A model generated the notes under the pieces. The model searched no databases. It was given only the letters and a program-made list of their open reading frames with translations, and was not told the origin of the DNA. This document shows positions 62,811 to 64,000 of a stretch of DNA of 64,000 nt, piece by piece. Location: contig JAQFVV010000003.1 in assembly GCA_028023455.1 (NCBI GenBank), positions 19,530,001 to 19,594,000 on the forward strand, read 5' to 3'. How positions within the stretch are numbered: position 1 is the stretch's first letter; each line of letters opens with the position of its first letter. This DNA is from Epiperipatus broadwayi (lineage: Eukaryota > Animalia > Onychophora). The position numbers and the translations under genes are program-made.

Positions 62811-64000
62811 AAAAACTAAATGGAAAAATAAATATATTTAAAGATGTAGTGCAGAAAGAAAAAATTGTTGGTGGGCGGCCTGATAACATTTGTTTTTGCA
62901 TAACAACAATGCCATCACATGGCTCGCCTGTCTAATGGACTAGTATCAAAAAAAAAATTTTTTTTTACCATTAGATAATGAATAAATTAATAACTGATTC
63001 ATGTTACTTTTAAATTATAATATAGCATATCTGAGTGTTTCTCTGTGTGAATTTTATATTTTCAACATGGAATTAATTGTGAAAAATATATTTTAATAAG
63101 ACTATTATTTTAATAAATTAAAATATGATATAAATGTCAGTATACACGAAATCAATCATTTATGTATCATTAAAATGTAATAATTTATATTTCCATTATT
63201 ATATGACAATCCCCATGTTATGGCAAACCTGTGTGCTTATATAGATGCGTGTTTGCGTGCTTGTTTCATGTAAACGTATTGAAACGTATTTGTAAATTGC
63301 AATGTAATAGTGGATTTCTTTTATGTATTAATGCAAATCAGAAGGCTTAATTTATATGTCTAGTCGAATTCTACCAACCTTAATTTCATTTTAATTATTA
63401 TTAATCAATTGATAGTTCATTGATAAAATTGTTCCAGTGAATTTAACCAATTCTAACTAGTTTTAGATTATATGTTGCATTATATCTCTTGTTCACAGTA
63501 ACAGTTATAGAGATTTTGTTCTTGAGCTAGATTCATGCATAATGGTCTATTATAAAAAAGGGTTCATATTTAGTGTTTATGCACATCCAGTTGATGATCC
63601 TGGATTGATGCAATGGAGATATCCTTTAAAGTCCATGCACTACATTTTATGGTTTATTATTTATTAGAAATTAAGTTTATAGTTGGCCAGCACATTAATG
63701 GTACTAAGTAGCTAGAGCATTGATGATCAACATGCTTTAGTATAACATTTTTTTTGTTATATTTTTATGGATTAGCATTTAAGTTTGTGCAACTATGGTT
63801 TAAATAATCTGTTCCAGGCTTGCAAAATTAAATAATTAGCCTGGTCTATAGTGAATCTATTTCAAATCCAGTCATAAAATTGACTGTTCATTTATTTTTA
63901 TTGTTGATCATTCATGATGATGTATGATTATTGCTTTTCTGTAATGCTGGGTAAATTTATTGTACTTATAATTAGTTCTGTGTTGACCTCTCATGATTCA

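Overview
This is very AT-rich eukaryotic (probably invertebrate animal) genomic DNA, roughly three-quarters AT by eye. It contains no protein-coding gene I can name. Most ORF-track entries are chance ORFs or pieces of decayed transposons. Conventional content: three hAT/Charlie-type DNA transposons with TIRs (7970-8466, 33374-35767, 56991-58598), a piggyBac transposase remnant, a decayed RTE-clade LINE (~20.2-22.6 kb), L1/Tx1-like fragments, tRNA-derived SINE-like inserts, and a few isolated splice-consensus mini-exons. The main finding is a Penelope-like element (PLE) / hammerhead-ribozyme (HHR) system. A head-to-head duplicated Penelope RT + GIY-YIG remnant (45.7-48.7 kb) co-occurs with at least three distinct families of non-coding tandem/palindromic elements carrying type-I HHR motifs (CUGANGA - stem II - GAAA - short palindromic stem III - NUH). 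Two copies have a complete catalytic core: 46661-46720 (+) and 26064-26112 (+). A five-copy family (28.6, 29.3, 40.3, 40.8, 41.1 kb) reconstructs to a perfect HHR with covariation in stem II. In all palindromes where polarity can be read, the ribozyme/ORF strand points outward from the axis, and several insertions sit in (TA)n runs. All structures were folded by eye; none was computed or tested.
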